Shown piece after piece: positions 49,772 through 61,700 of a stretch of DNA of 64,000 bases (positions within the stretch are counted from its first letter, which is position 1; the number at the start of each line of letters is the position of its first letter). Source of the stretch: Phoronis australis (lineage: Eukaryota; Animalia; Phoronida); NCBI GenBank assembly GCA_002633005.1, contig NMRA01000284.1, positions 268,978 to 332,977 of the forward strand. Direction: 5' to 3'. The notes under the pieces are model-generated. The model did no database searches, was not told where the DNA came from, and was given only the letters and a program-made list of their open reading frames with translations. A program made the translations under genes and the position numbers.

Positions 49772-52212
49772 TATCACTGAGGTCAAGTGTTGTGTACCAG
49801 TGGAACTTCGGCGACCTACATTTATACTGAAAGGGATCCGAGTTGCTGGCTATTCAAACAAGGTCAAAGTTTGTGCTGCAATGCTTTTACTTGTGACATT
49901 TATCAGCGATTACAAAGGATTCTATGGCAGCATAGATCATAGACATAAGGGGGCGCTCAAAACTAAGTTTTTCATTTTTGCCTCCCCAGGCAGTGAGGGA
50001 AAGCAGTTTATTTCTTTTCTTCTACAACAAAATATGAAACATATGCAGGTAGGCTACTGACTATATATAAAGCTTGCCTACAGTCGACTAACAAATTTGC
50101 ATTTACAAATTTCGTTTTTTTATTGCTTTTAGGCTCACCAGCAAACCTGTGACAATTAATTAACTAACACCACTGTCGGTGAAAAAACGACTAAAACCTA
50201 AAAACTAATGAAAAATGGCACTGGCGTTTCGCCGGAATGTCCTCAGTCGGATTGGCTCTCCATGGGGAAATTGCAACTCGTGTTAACTTTTTAAGTTCAC
50301 TTTTGCTACCTGATGAAAACATGGAATTAGGCACTCCTGAAAACTTTTGCGTGGCTGCATTTGCCTTGTTTAACTCTAACAGCTAGGATTGTGTTTCAAG
50401 ATTTCGTTCCTTACCATTGCAAAGGGAACATCCAAACCAAAACAAGTATCACTGAAATTTCCCGTAAAATTTTAAAATAGTGTACGACTTTCATTGCATA
50501 TGTGACGTAAGTTGCTAGCTCAGTGGTCAAGAGTTCAAAATAGGACCAGAACGTAGTAATGTCTTCAAACACCAAAACACTAGGGTAAAAAAAATCAAGA
50601 TTACATGACAGGCAAACAGCGGCGACACTTCGAGTAACTGTGAACCTCCGTACACGTACCAACGAAAAGCTGTCATATGATAAAAGGAATCATTCATAGT
50701 CGTCAATGCCGGAACCATATATCAGTTGGATTTGCGGCTATATGTGAGTGCTACCATAGATTATAGACAACAGATTCGCAACTCCGGCATTTTCTTACGT
50801 GCTAGCCAAGAGGCGCCGCCACTCTCCTGACCTTTCTGGTACAGTTTCCGGTTAGTGTATTTTGACGAGAAATACTTGCATCTACTTTACTGTCTAAAAC
50901 AACGAAAAAAATATTAATTTCGGCATAGAAACGCTTTTCAAAGTCTTTCAATTGTAGAAGTGTTGGTATTGTGAGTACTTTTGGCAATGCTACTGGTAAT
51001 TAATTACAAAATTCAAACTTCGGTGCCGACTGATTATGTCGTCTGCTTGCCCAATAAGAGCATAGTTATCGGACAGTTTTTGATTCATGGTTCACATAGG
51101 CCTACTGAGAAAACTACGAAAGCATGTTTGTGCACAAATTCCAAGGAGTACCTGTGAATGCAAAAGATACTTATATAACGTTTTTGGTTTAGAAAAATAT
51201 TAATTTTGTTCGAATTAAAAAATGCGCCTCTGCAATGATTGACTAGTTTAACCTTTGCATGTTTATAAACCAACATTCTCAAGTGAGCAGTTCTTCTGGG
51301 AAGTGTTGAGTGGCCCTTAAAAGGGCCGTTGGTTGCACTGTGCATGAGCCTTAGGTAATAGCGTGAAATAGTTCTTAAAAGAACCGTTGAATAATTCAAC
51401 ATAAATCACACAGTATACCGTGCTCACTCAAGTACTGAAGGTCCTCTTCATTCAAGGTTTGATCAGGGAAGGCTGGATGAAAACAGAGGAGATGACAACA
51501 TCGATGATAGTTGTAACACCTTAAATAGACATTAGGGCCTACCGTTCACCAGCGTTGTCACGAACCCTGCATCATTCAGTTCTTGTTCCTGTATCCACAA
51601 ATAATCCTGAACTGTAGGGAAAAAATGACAGACAACACAACGAACCAAATTTCGAAAATCATCGCCTTCGTACGATTCCGTGTTGCTGTCACTGATGTTC
51701 TTCTCCAACGTCCATCTTAAAAAATCGACGTTGTAAGTGATGGAAACTTGTCTACGCTCTCGTCCTTTGTTTCTAACCTTTTACCCATTTTTTAATGAAG
51801 GGGTGTACTGTTTTTGTCTCATGTTGATAGTGCGTAACTTTTGATTTTACAATGTATTAATCGTGCTAAATGCACATATATGAACTGGCCTCATTGAGAT
51901 GCAGAGCAAATAAATTAAATATAACACACATAAGTTTTGGAAATATAAAGAGCAGTAACAGACTCCCTAAAAATCAGGCTTGTTTTCGAAAGGTTTGCGC
52001 CATTGGTGATCTGCTTGGTTCAATCGCTTGCGGCGGGAAAATGATAGACACCGTTATTGTGGGCGTGTGCACTGTAGAAATGCTTTGTATCTTATTTTTA
52101 TTTGTCTAATCTGTTGATACAGTAAATTTCCTTATTTATGCCCATCCTGGTTTGACCCCGACTTGAGCTTCTTAGGTTCTACCATATTGGGGCTGTCATA
52201 GGGAGTCACGTG

Positions 52213-52360
52213 CATGCGCGCACCCAGCCTTCAAAATGGGGGGCTCGAATTCCTGACGTTGTGAACCTTTTGCTAACAAAAGAGCGGGCAGACCTTTTTG
52301 CCCACTTTGCCAAATGGGGCTCAAATTAGCCTCCCGAGCCCCCCCCCGAGTGCGCGCATG
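52213..52360. mobile_element. Family B MITE
   Basis: Ends CATGCGCGCACCCAG / GAGTGCGCGCATG; flanks ACGTG / ACATG. Confidence 0.78.
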
Positions 52361-52868
52361 ACATGGTGCTTGTTTCATTTTAACGGCTATTTCCAATTGT
52401 GTAGATGAAGCAAATTAACAAAGTGGATGATTATCATCACCGGTATTTCATCATTAGTATTTTTGTCGGGTTCTCAAGTTTTCCGAGGCTAGGGATTGTC
52501 ACATCTGTAAGGTAGACGTGTTTCAGTGAACTTCCATGTTTTGGCGTTATTTATACCTTACCAAACTTTAAAAAAAGCCTGCGTTTAAACCAGGAGCTGC
52601 ATTGGGTGCAATTTGTGTAGATGTTTCATGCGCGCACTCAGCTCTAATATTATAGGTGGTAATAAAAGTGTGCTAGGAGTGTTACGCGGATAGTAAATAG
52701 TCCACTGTGTGAGGACTTCTTAGAAATTGAAAAAATATAGTTAGCGTCACTTGTCAAGGTGAAATACGACTTTGAAATGTGAGGACATGAATGCAAGTCC
52801 TCACTTTACAAAATGTCCTCGTGTTGTTGGTGTGCATCTAAGTTCACGTGCCGACATTATTGGCAATA

Positions 52869-52871
<3 letters not shown>

Positions 52872-52945
<74 letters not shown>
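52872..52945. repeat. (CA)n microsatellite (about 37 units)
   Basis: Read directly. Confidence 0.97.
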
Positions 52946-52949
<4 letters not shown>

Positions 52950-53402
52950 AAAGCATGAATCGAAAAATAATTAATAAACAAAACAGAGGACAACATTGAC
53001 AAATAAACTGACTAGTGAACTGTCGGTGGTCTCCTTCCTATAATGGCACAAGGGTATTTCCAACCAACTCAAAAGAATTACAAAAAGACTAACAATTCCA
53101 ATGTGCCACTCAGAACTCTCCACTAATGAATGTCTTGAATAATTAATCTCCATATCTTTAACTTGATGTACCTTCCGTTCAGTTTTTCAGATAAATCTTC
53201 CAATCGTAGGTCCAATAGCCTTTCACACTCTTCCCTCGCACCCACGATCCCTTATCCGTTACCGCTTTGCATGGCGGCGTTTTCCCGTTCAGTGACTTTA
53301 CCAGACGTAGAGGGTTGTGAGCGTGTGATAACATCTAGCTTCTCTGTTAACTACCAAGAACAGTCTTTTGTCTGGTATGACAACAGGCAGGCCAATTATC
53401 TA

Positions 53403-53798
53403 CCCGGTGAAACAGTCCCAAATAGGGACTCAGCTAAGTTCCCTGCTAAGTTCTACTGCGTATTTGTGGGCTTGTGAAAGTTCTGATTGTCCTCATTTCT
53501 TATGCAGTTTAAGTCTCATTGCGACTTTGATACGAATCGAGAGGAAACGATAAGTTGAATTTTCAATATTATTGAAAATAAGTAGGGATCTTTTCATGCA
53601 ACGCACCTAATTTAAGGACTAAGTCCCTAATTATTATGACTTAATTAAGGGCTCAGTTTTTAGTTATATTATTAGAAAATGTCATTAGTCAAAGAGGAGC
53701 TCATAATAAAGATAAAATGGGTGAAGAGAGAAACAAAAACGCAAAAGATTTGGGGAAATTTGTTGAGTCCCTATTTGGGACTGTTTCATGCAACCGGG
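53403..53798. mobile_element. MITE with a perfect 25-bp inverted repeat
   Basis: TGAAACAGTCCCAAATAGGGACTCA (53408-53432) and its exact reverse complement (53764-53788), with outer CCCGGT / ACCGGG. Confidence 0.7.
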
Positions 53799-54037
53799 CA
53801 CTTTTTCCCAAAATTGGGTAGACATTGGTTGTCGACTAGACCGTTTTTTGCTAACCTGAAAAGTCTGAGGGTACCTGAATTTCCAGCCCGTTAATTGCCT
53901 TTCTGGTGAGGTAGCTGTGTTAAGATTTTTTCAAAAACATGTTGAAGGTTGATCTGATGGGCCCTGCTTTTGGCAAAACTTTACCCCAGTTACATATGCG
54001 TCAAAGCACAGCAAAAGTACATTTAATAAATATAATA

Positions 54038-54260
54038 ACCAAGATTTTCTGATCGCATTTATTTTGAAATATGTCACGTTTGGTTAATTGGCAATCTAAT
54101 TAAAAAGTACATTTAGAACTACAAACGTTCATCTATCAAAAGACAAGGAAATAGTATTACCGGAAATTTCTGATAGAGATTACTTTAAAATATGCCACGT
54201 TTTATTAACTGCAAATGTAACTAAAATCAAAGTAATTGCTACAAAATTTCATCTAAAACA
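54038..54260. repeat. Old two-copy tandem duplication of about 121 bp
   Basis: TTTCTGAT...AAATATGYCACGTTT...CTACAAA..TTCATCTA repeated at 54038 and 54159. Confidence 0.6.
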
Positions 54261-55049
54261 ATTGGCTGTCCGTCCAAGAGCAACGCAAGGCATTAAAATC
54301 CACCCACGACTGCACTGAAATCAGGTGCATCTGGGGATGTTGATTAGTTTAGTGGAATGCAATCAGCCTAATAAGGCCACTATGGTATCAAAACTGAAAA
54401 TCGACAGATGCCCCATTGCTATTAAAAACATTTTCCTAGTTGCGGGTCATTTTTCAAGGTTTCCACATTACAAATTTCAATAACAATCAGAGCTAGAAAG
54501 TTTTTGTTTTCCCTCGGGCCCTTGTCATTAAAAAGTTATACCCATTATTTTTCTCTATTTTTATTTTGTTGTTCTGGTGTTTGCTATGAAATAAGACAAA
54601 AAGGCTGTCACTGACCTTTTTTGTATTGATTTAGTTCGAACGAACAACGCAATTTGACCTTCTCAAAAGCGCGCCAATTCCATGATCACCGCTTCATTTT
54701 TGCCCTCGGGTTATCGAGCACAGTAATAAGTAACGATTGTAATGGAGTTGATAAAAAGTTAGAGGAAAAGGATTTTAGCAAAAAATGATTAATATGACAC
54801 TGTGTGTATTTTCAAATCTGAAACCTAGTTTGTTTTAAGGAAAAGGGAAACAAGTTTTAAAAGTAAGTTCATAATGTACTTTCGCTACGAATGTAACCAA
54901 CTTCACCGCGAGCTGAGACTGTATAGAAAAGGCATTCTACGCACCCTACATTACGTGATCCTCCCTGGCAACTTTGTAGATCGGAAACTTCGTTTTTTGT
55001 CACAGTCTCTTTGGTTATTTTGTTTGTTTACCTTTGTTTATTAATTACT

Positions 55050-55086
<37 letters not shown>

Positions 55087-55111
55087 TTGTGTGTGTGCGT
55101 GTGTGTGCGTG
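55050..55111. repeat. Imperfect (TG)n microsatellite
   Basis: Read directly. Confidence 0.9.
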
Positions 55112-56696
55112 CTGGGCCCGAGGTCTAATCTTTGCACTCTATATTAAAGAAATTGAAGATTTTTTGGCATTGTCTATTCTACTGGTGTGCGAACTGAAGA
55201 CAAGTGCCTATTATTCTATGCTCGAGTAAATTACATTGGATAACTTTCTAATCTTAGTTTGCTCTTGATGACCCCAGCATAAAGGTCGGACGTTTTGTCG
55301 AGGTTTGCCCTAATGACTCCTAAATTTAAGATACAAACTCGAGTAAAAACGTGAGTTTTTGAGTTCAGACTTTTGGCCTCATTTCCAAGGTTATCAGGTG
55401 CAAAGTAGGATTAGACAGTTTTTCGCGCAAGCCATTATATCACGGAGAGTAAGAATGAGTCTAGGGCCAGCGCACTGACGGGTGGCTGGAATCCAACAGT
55501 GGATTCAATGGACTGTTGGTCAGCTCAGCTATTATTCACTTGATACAGGCAACTGAGCTCGTACCTATTCCTCTGCGCTGGCTCTGAGGTCAAGATTCGT
55601 TTTTTTGTGACCAAGTTTCGGGAAAACTTCATTTTATCATGGCCATTCTTTGGAGGAATTTTTTGGAAAGGCGAGTCCCGAGGTCCCTGGTATGAGTGCC
55701 TCTGTGGTCATTTTAAACTCGCTTGATGAAACACATCTGCTTGTCCATTTTCTTGTGGCTGGGGGAAATGATACAGAGTGTGCCCCAAAAATTTACACAA
55801 TTCAACGCCTGGAGTTCAAGTTCAACTCCCGTGGTTCACTGGGATTCTGCGCAGTCCCACTGCATGATTGCACCTAACTTTCATCGTTTGTGTGTCAGTC
55901 ATGACGTGCTCCGTGTGTGTAGTATGCACAAGAATGGAAAGCAAGTGATTAAGTTTTGAAGAAAATTCATTGTGCAATGCTATTGGAAATTGACAACATC
56001 AAGGAAGTGCAAAGAGAACCTTTCCAAGTTGATGAGCAATAAGTTTCCTTTTATTTAATTAAGTACTTAAACTTCTTTTTCGATGTACGGTTTGTGAAAT
56101 TAAACCCACTAATCTATTTCCTAAGCCAATAAGCAATTTATTGTCATTTGAACTGTGAGAAAATTTTAGGACAATTTGTAGAGCTGTCCGACGTTCATCA
56201 ATATCTTTGAGACTTATTTCAGATAGACAAACGAAATCGTTTAGTGTACTTTTATGTTTGGGGATCTGATGATAGATCTAATTTTCTCAATGTCTGCCAG
56301 CAACTACATTCGTTGAAGCATTGTCATTTCTTACAAGATTAGCTTCTGACTGTAAAAAATCGTGTGTCAATCAACCCATTTTCGTAGATAAATTACATAC
56401 ACATGTAATTCAAAAACCAACAATCAAATTCCATTTTATGATGGTCAGTCCTATTGTATTTTTCACAAGTTTGGTTGTTTGACTCGAATGTTTTGATACT
56501 GCTGTGCTGTGCACGGTTGTTTTGTGTTTTTGATGAATTAGGAATCTCAACTTCCACTCGTGAATACTTGGCAGTGCCGGATTTACATGTTTTTAGAGGG
56601 AAACCCGAACCGCCCCACCGAGAGGGGGTCCCGTCTGAAATGGGACACCTCAGATGAAAGGCTGCACATCATTAAGCTTGGAAAAGAGTGACAATT

Positions 56697-56951
56697 CATG
56701 CGCGCACCCAGCCTTCAAAATGGGGGCTCGAATTCCTGACGTTGTGGATCTTTTGCTAAGAAAACAACGGGGGCGGACTAAAAAGAAAAAAAAAACGGGA
56801 GCACCACCGTGAAGTGCGCATTTGCGATTATTTAGTGGACTTTTGTCCCATTTTCTGGGACTTTTTGTCTCTCAGGGGCGGACCTTTTTGCCCACTTCGC
56901 CTAATGAGGGGCTCCATCGGGTCCCCCGAGCTCCCCCCAGGTGCGCGCATG
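56697..56951. mobile_element. Family B MITE (longest copy), 5-bp TSD
   Basis: Ends CATGCGCGCACC / GGTGCGCGCATG. Exact CAATT duplication at 56692-56696 and 56952-56956. Confidence 0.85.
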
Positions 56952-58720
56952 CAATTCAATCCATTGTAGGGTGACCTTGCAAGAAGTGACTTTCCTCAGC
57001 ATGAAAGCCGGTTGTACGATTTCAAAAAAACAGGAAAATGGAGATAATTGATTTCAACATTGTGCCCTCTCTTCCTGTGCGGCCTCTTAAGAATTTGCCA
57101 ATCAATTCATGAAAAGGGTGGCCACTTGAATGTCGTCTGTGGTCCTCTTTAAGAGATTGACCCCTAAATATCTATATTTTCAAAAGTCAGGAAATGCGCA
57201 GCAATTCTTGTTATCTGCCAGGCCATCAATTTTCTCAAGTGATACACAATTTAGAGAAAACAAAACATGAAAAATGGAGCGACAGTTATCTTTGTTGCCC
57301 TTTGGTAGAGAAGGACCTCTGGAAAATATTTTACATTTCTGCATTTGCAAAACTGTGTTATTGAATTTAAAAATCCAGTGAATTAATATGCTCCGCAAAA
57401 GCTTCGCTTTACGAATTTTCTTGATTTTTCGAAATACACATATGAATGATAAAGTGCACGTTTTCAAGTGCGTTTAGACGACCTACATGTATGTAGCAAA
57501 ACGGAGACCCTAGGCCATAAAAGGGTAAAACATGCACTGAAACTGAGTCGTCAAATGTTCTCTTGAATTTTTATCTTATCCGTATTCGTATTATCTCTTT
57601 TCTCGACTGTACCTGGCCGCAAGCCATGGTTTAACCCTGACGCCTGCAAATCTTTGGGGCCACGCCCCCCTTCCCCCGCTTCCTACGCCCCTGATACTCC
57701 TAGAGTACTCTAAAACAGCTGTTGCCGTTGACTTCTCAGCTGGTTCACGTGACTTTGCTGCTGTTGCGCGCGCAGATTCCCCTAAAGAAGGAATAAGACC
57801 ACAGTTCGAGTGGCTGATTCTGAATTTATCACTGGACTGAGTCAGTGAAAGCCCTTGTTTGCGCAGCTGTCTCAGGCACTTGAAAAAGGCATAACTGACA
57901 AAAATTACACTCTATGGGATTTCTCAAAGACTAAGAAATTCAACAAAGCTCTCTCTCTTTTTACCCTGCTAAATCCAGTGAAAAAATTGAGCTGCCAAGA
58001 AGTGACCAAAAAAGCCCGATTTTGGCCTTATTGTACCAGAAATAACAAATCCACGACTGCCCCTGTGCATGATGAGACCATAATCCGAATGCTCTTTCTC
58101 TCTAGATTCTCTAGATTCCAGAAATTCAGGTTAAAATATGTCATTACTTCCCTGATTTTGACAATTTCCACTTATCTGAAAGGTACCTGGATTCGGGCAA
58201 AAAATTTAACATTGAACAAGGATGTGCTCTCAAAATGACCACACTTCTATATCCGAGTAGACAAGAGCAGCGGCCGAATTTCTGGATTCAATTGACTCAA
58301 CGCAACTTCAGTGAACTACTGGCAACTGCTTCCTATTTAGTTCACAAAACTGCTGTCAAACCTGACCCACCCCATTTTCTTCAGTTTTGAGGCAGCTGCA
58401 ATGGCCGAACCGTGGTCTTAGACGGAAGCCTAAAATCTTATTGTCTTCTTTCCCTAAACGTTGTAGATGCTAATCATGAAACTATTCGTCATTAACACAA
58501 ATCGATATATGGACTTGCGAGTAAGTTTTTTTAATCAGAACTTGTGAGTGAGTAAATAATTGTCTCGTGGTAATTCCTTGTGAAACGCTGACATCGGCGC
58601 GAAAGTTTCACGTGAGTGGCAGCTGTCCAATCGGTATATGATTAGTAAACGCGAAGGCGGAGCAATGAATCTCAAGTACAAAACCAAATAACTGTCACTA
58701 AAAGACAGAAAAGCTGAAGA

Positions 58721-61700
58721 ATGTTTTGGACGAGATATTCACTGTTTTTTGCGCTTATGAGTCTATTAGTTGTCTCTTTAGCCTACGACAATTTTTATTC
58801 TCGACTGGAGAAAGGTAAGACAACGGGTCGCTCGCACTATGACAGGTATTTTGAGCATTCAATTAGATAGTATTATTTTGGCTTCTATACTGGGTTTGTA
58901 AGAGTAATTTGAGAAATGGACATTCATCTTGAAATAACCGGTCGAGCTAAATGAATTTCCAAATTCCCAATAACGGACTGTAAGTAACGACCAAACGTTT
59001 AAAAGAGTTGTCCTAATTTCTTTTCAAAAGGACAGACTGCCGATCACTCCTACATTTCCGCAGCATGACAATTGGTGACGGCAGGGGGAAATTCTCCTAT
59101 CCCTATACTTGGGCAAAGCGACGCCCTATGCACCCCCAGCACCCTAGTCCAGATACACCTGTTAGATTCTTTTGTGTTAGAATATTTCTCCCACTGTAAA
59201 TAAATCAAATTTGTGTCCCAATTCTGATTTTTTAGTGCTTTTCGTCTTTCAGGTTACAACAGACGAGTGAATTATCCAATGAGGTAAGTAAGTTACATAC
59301 ACTAGCCCCATGGGAGGGCACAACGTAAAGTCTCGTTAGGCTATACACACGATTAAAGAAAAACGCGAAAGGCGTCACTTTTCGGGATGCTGACATATAA
59401 GACGCGTTTAGTGCACGTTCTCAGTCCCAGGGAGTAGAGAACCTTAGAAACTCGGACGATTTTGAAATTTTGTTCTAACATTCCTAATTTTGCCTGCGCA
59501 GATATGGTCATCGAGGTCTCACAAGAGATTACAGATTATTATATGAGAAATTAGATTTATCGAGTATGTCGCTTTGAAAGGGACTTGGCACTTGACAATA
59601 AACCTAATTATTTCGCTTGCACTTATAGTAACATGAACATTGTGTGCAATTTTGTCCCAATGGTCACGTACGCTATTGTAGAAAATAAGGTGTCCCAAGA
59701 TAACTTAAAATTACCTTCTGAAATATAAATAGCAGACAAGTGTTTTACTGGGAACCAGTGGTGTTTTTCATATTCCAATAATTTCTTTAGTCAAATTTTT
59801 TTCTCATTTTACAATAATTGCTGACAAACGACGTATTATCTGCACGGCTGACACTGTCACAGTCTGCGCATGCCCCCACACAACCAATGAGTAGGCCAAC
59901 ATCACATTCAGTCATTGTATCTCATGTTTAAATCGAACACGAATTCTGAAAACAAACACGGAAACAATTCTTTTATTTTTCATTCTAACTTTGCGCATCG
60001 ACTTTGTTGAAAATTCTTCGATGTCTGCGCTGGCGTTGCACCTTGAGTTTAGTGCGAAAACTCAAAAATGTGATCTCTTCAGTTAGAGCCAACTGCGGCA
60101 ATATGTCTATGCGTTGCAAAATAAACTTGAGGATTTTTGAAATAAGAAAAACACAACACAATTACTCCCCAGTAATGCCATATCTGTTAGACATATTTTC
60201 GAATATATTGTTAACACTTTTTGGTTACCCTGTACGAACTTCATCGTTACCTTCGGGACCGTGCTAAGAGCTAAACTTATATATGAGTGACCATACGCAT
60301 ATACTAAGTAGACTCTAGAGGCAAAAAGTCTTGGTTTATGGCACCGGAGTTACGTTTTAACTAGCTTACCCCAATTATTCATCATTCCAAGCTCATTTCA
60401 TTGCCACCATTGGACCACAGCTGTTATTACAATGAGAGATTTATGGTGCATCTTTCATTTTCGCCACCTGTTGGCTGAACATGCCGGTTCACGTTCATTC
60501 TCTGGTTTCATTGGTTGGTTTCATTGTCGTTGGAGTGACGTCACGACGTAAAAGGTTGTTCATGGGTCCAGCTCGTTTATGATTTGTTATAAAGTACATT
60601 CAGTGTGAAACGTAGGTAGTGGAAACTCCATTATTAATCAACGATTTCTATCGATATTCCGCACGTGTTCTCTTGTGCGCGCGTTAATGGTCAACTGCTT
60701 GATTCTAATTGGCCTCTTGGCAATTAAATCCATTTCTGCTTATGTTACGTCACGTTTAATTTGCGTGGCAATGCTCTTTAGTTGTAAACCAACGATAATG
60801 TATTTTTATTCCAATGTGTTTTGACAGTAATGTCAATTTACATGCTTGAATACCCCTAAGATGACGTCGTTTCACTTCCATATGTGGTCACGTGATTGTT
60901 CTTTCACGCGCATACGTTTCTGTCTGGTTCCCGGCATGAACGCTAGATGGTGGGGCAGCTACCTCTTCACGTAGAGATTGAAAGAGTTTTCTCCTTTTCA
61001 CTTAGATGTGCATAGTTTTCTTACCTGTGAAACTAGCGTTGGCCTCCTATTCTTACGTACATGTATATTCTATTAGCGTACTTCTTCTCACATGTCTGCG
61101 TCTTTTAGCACATGGCATCCAGCGCTAACTTTTTTCACTCATGTCTATGGGGGTAAATACTACTGAATTTCCATTTTAGACAATTTTAGATCCCCGCTTT
61201 CGCATTATATCCAGGTTCTCATCCATTCCCGTGCATGCATTCTCTACTAAGACTGAGCTCAGAGGAGTATGAGACACCTTTGTGCAATGCTCGATTGTTT
61301 CCTAGGAGGGCCAGGATTCGAACCCGGGTCTCCCAAACGGGAGTCCGGGGCTCAAACCACTGAGCCACACAGTCCTCCACTTTAAGAGGTCGTAACGTTT
61401 GAAATCTTGTGCAATGAACTTCAAACCTTCTCCCTACTCAGTTCAATGATAGCATGCATTTATTTCGACATGAAATCATTCTGAATATTGTGCTTTTACT
61501 AAATCTCAAATACAAAACTTAATGCGAAATTTTAATTTCGCAATGAGCTTTGGTGAAAGTCTATTATTGTGAGTGTGCAGGGGACCACTTTGTGTCTTCA
61601 TTGTTAGGACAGCAAGTATCCGTTACTAAGTTACTTGACGCTATTTTATGACTAGTCAAGGGTTCCAATAGATCGGAGTCGTCTCTGCTAGGCCAATAAG

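Noticed and set aside
53100-53350. Minus-strand coiled-coil-like reading (LTEKLDVI…LLDLRLEDLSEKLN)
   Set aside because: It has an internal stop and no partner exons; possibly an old LINE ORF1 remnant, not supportable.
61306-61378. tRNA gene
   Set aside because: It has A and B boxes but an irregular cloverleaf, and its long non-tRNA body is shared with a second copy at 15475-15657, so it is a SINE head.
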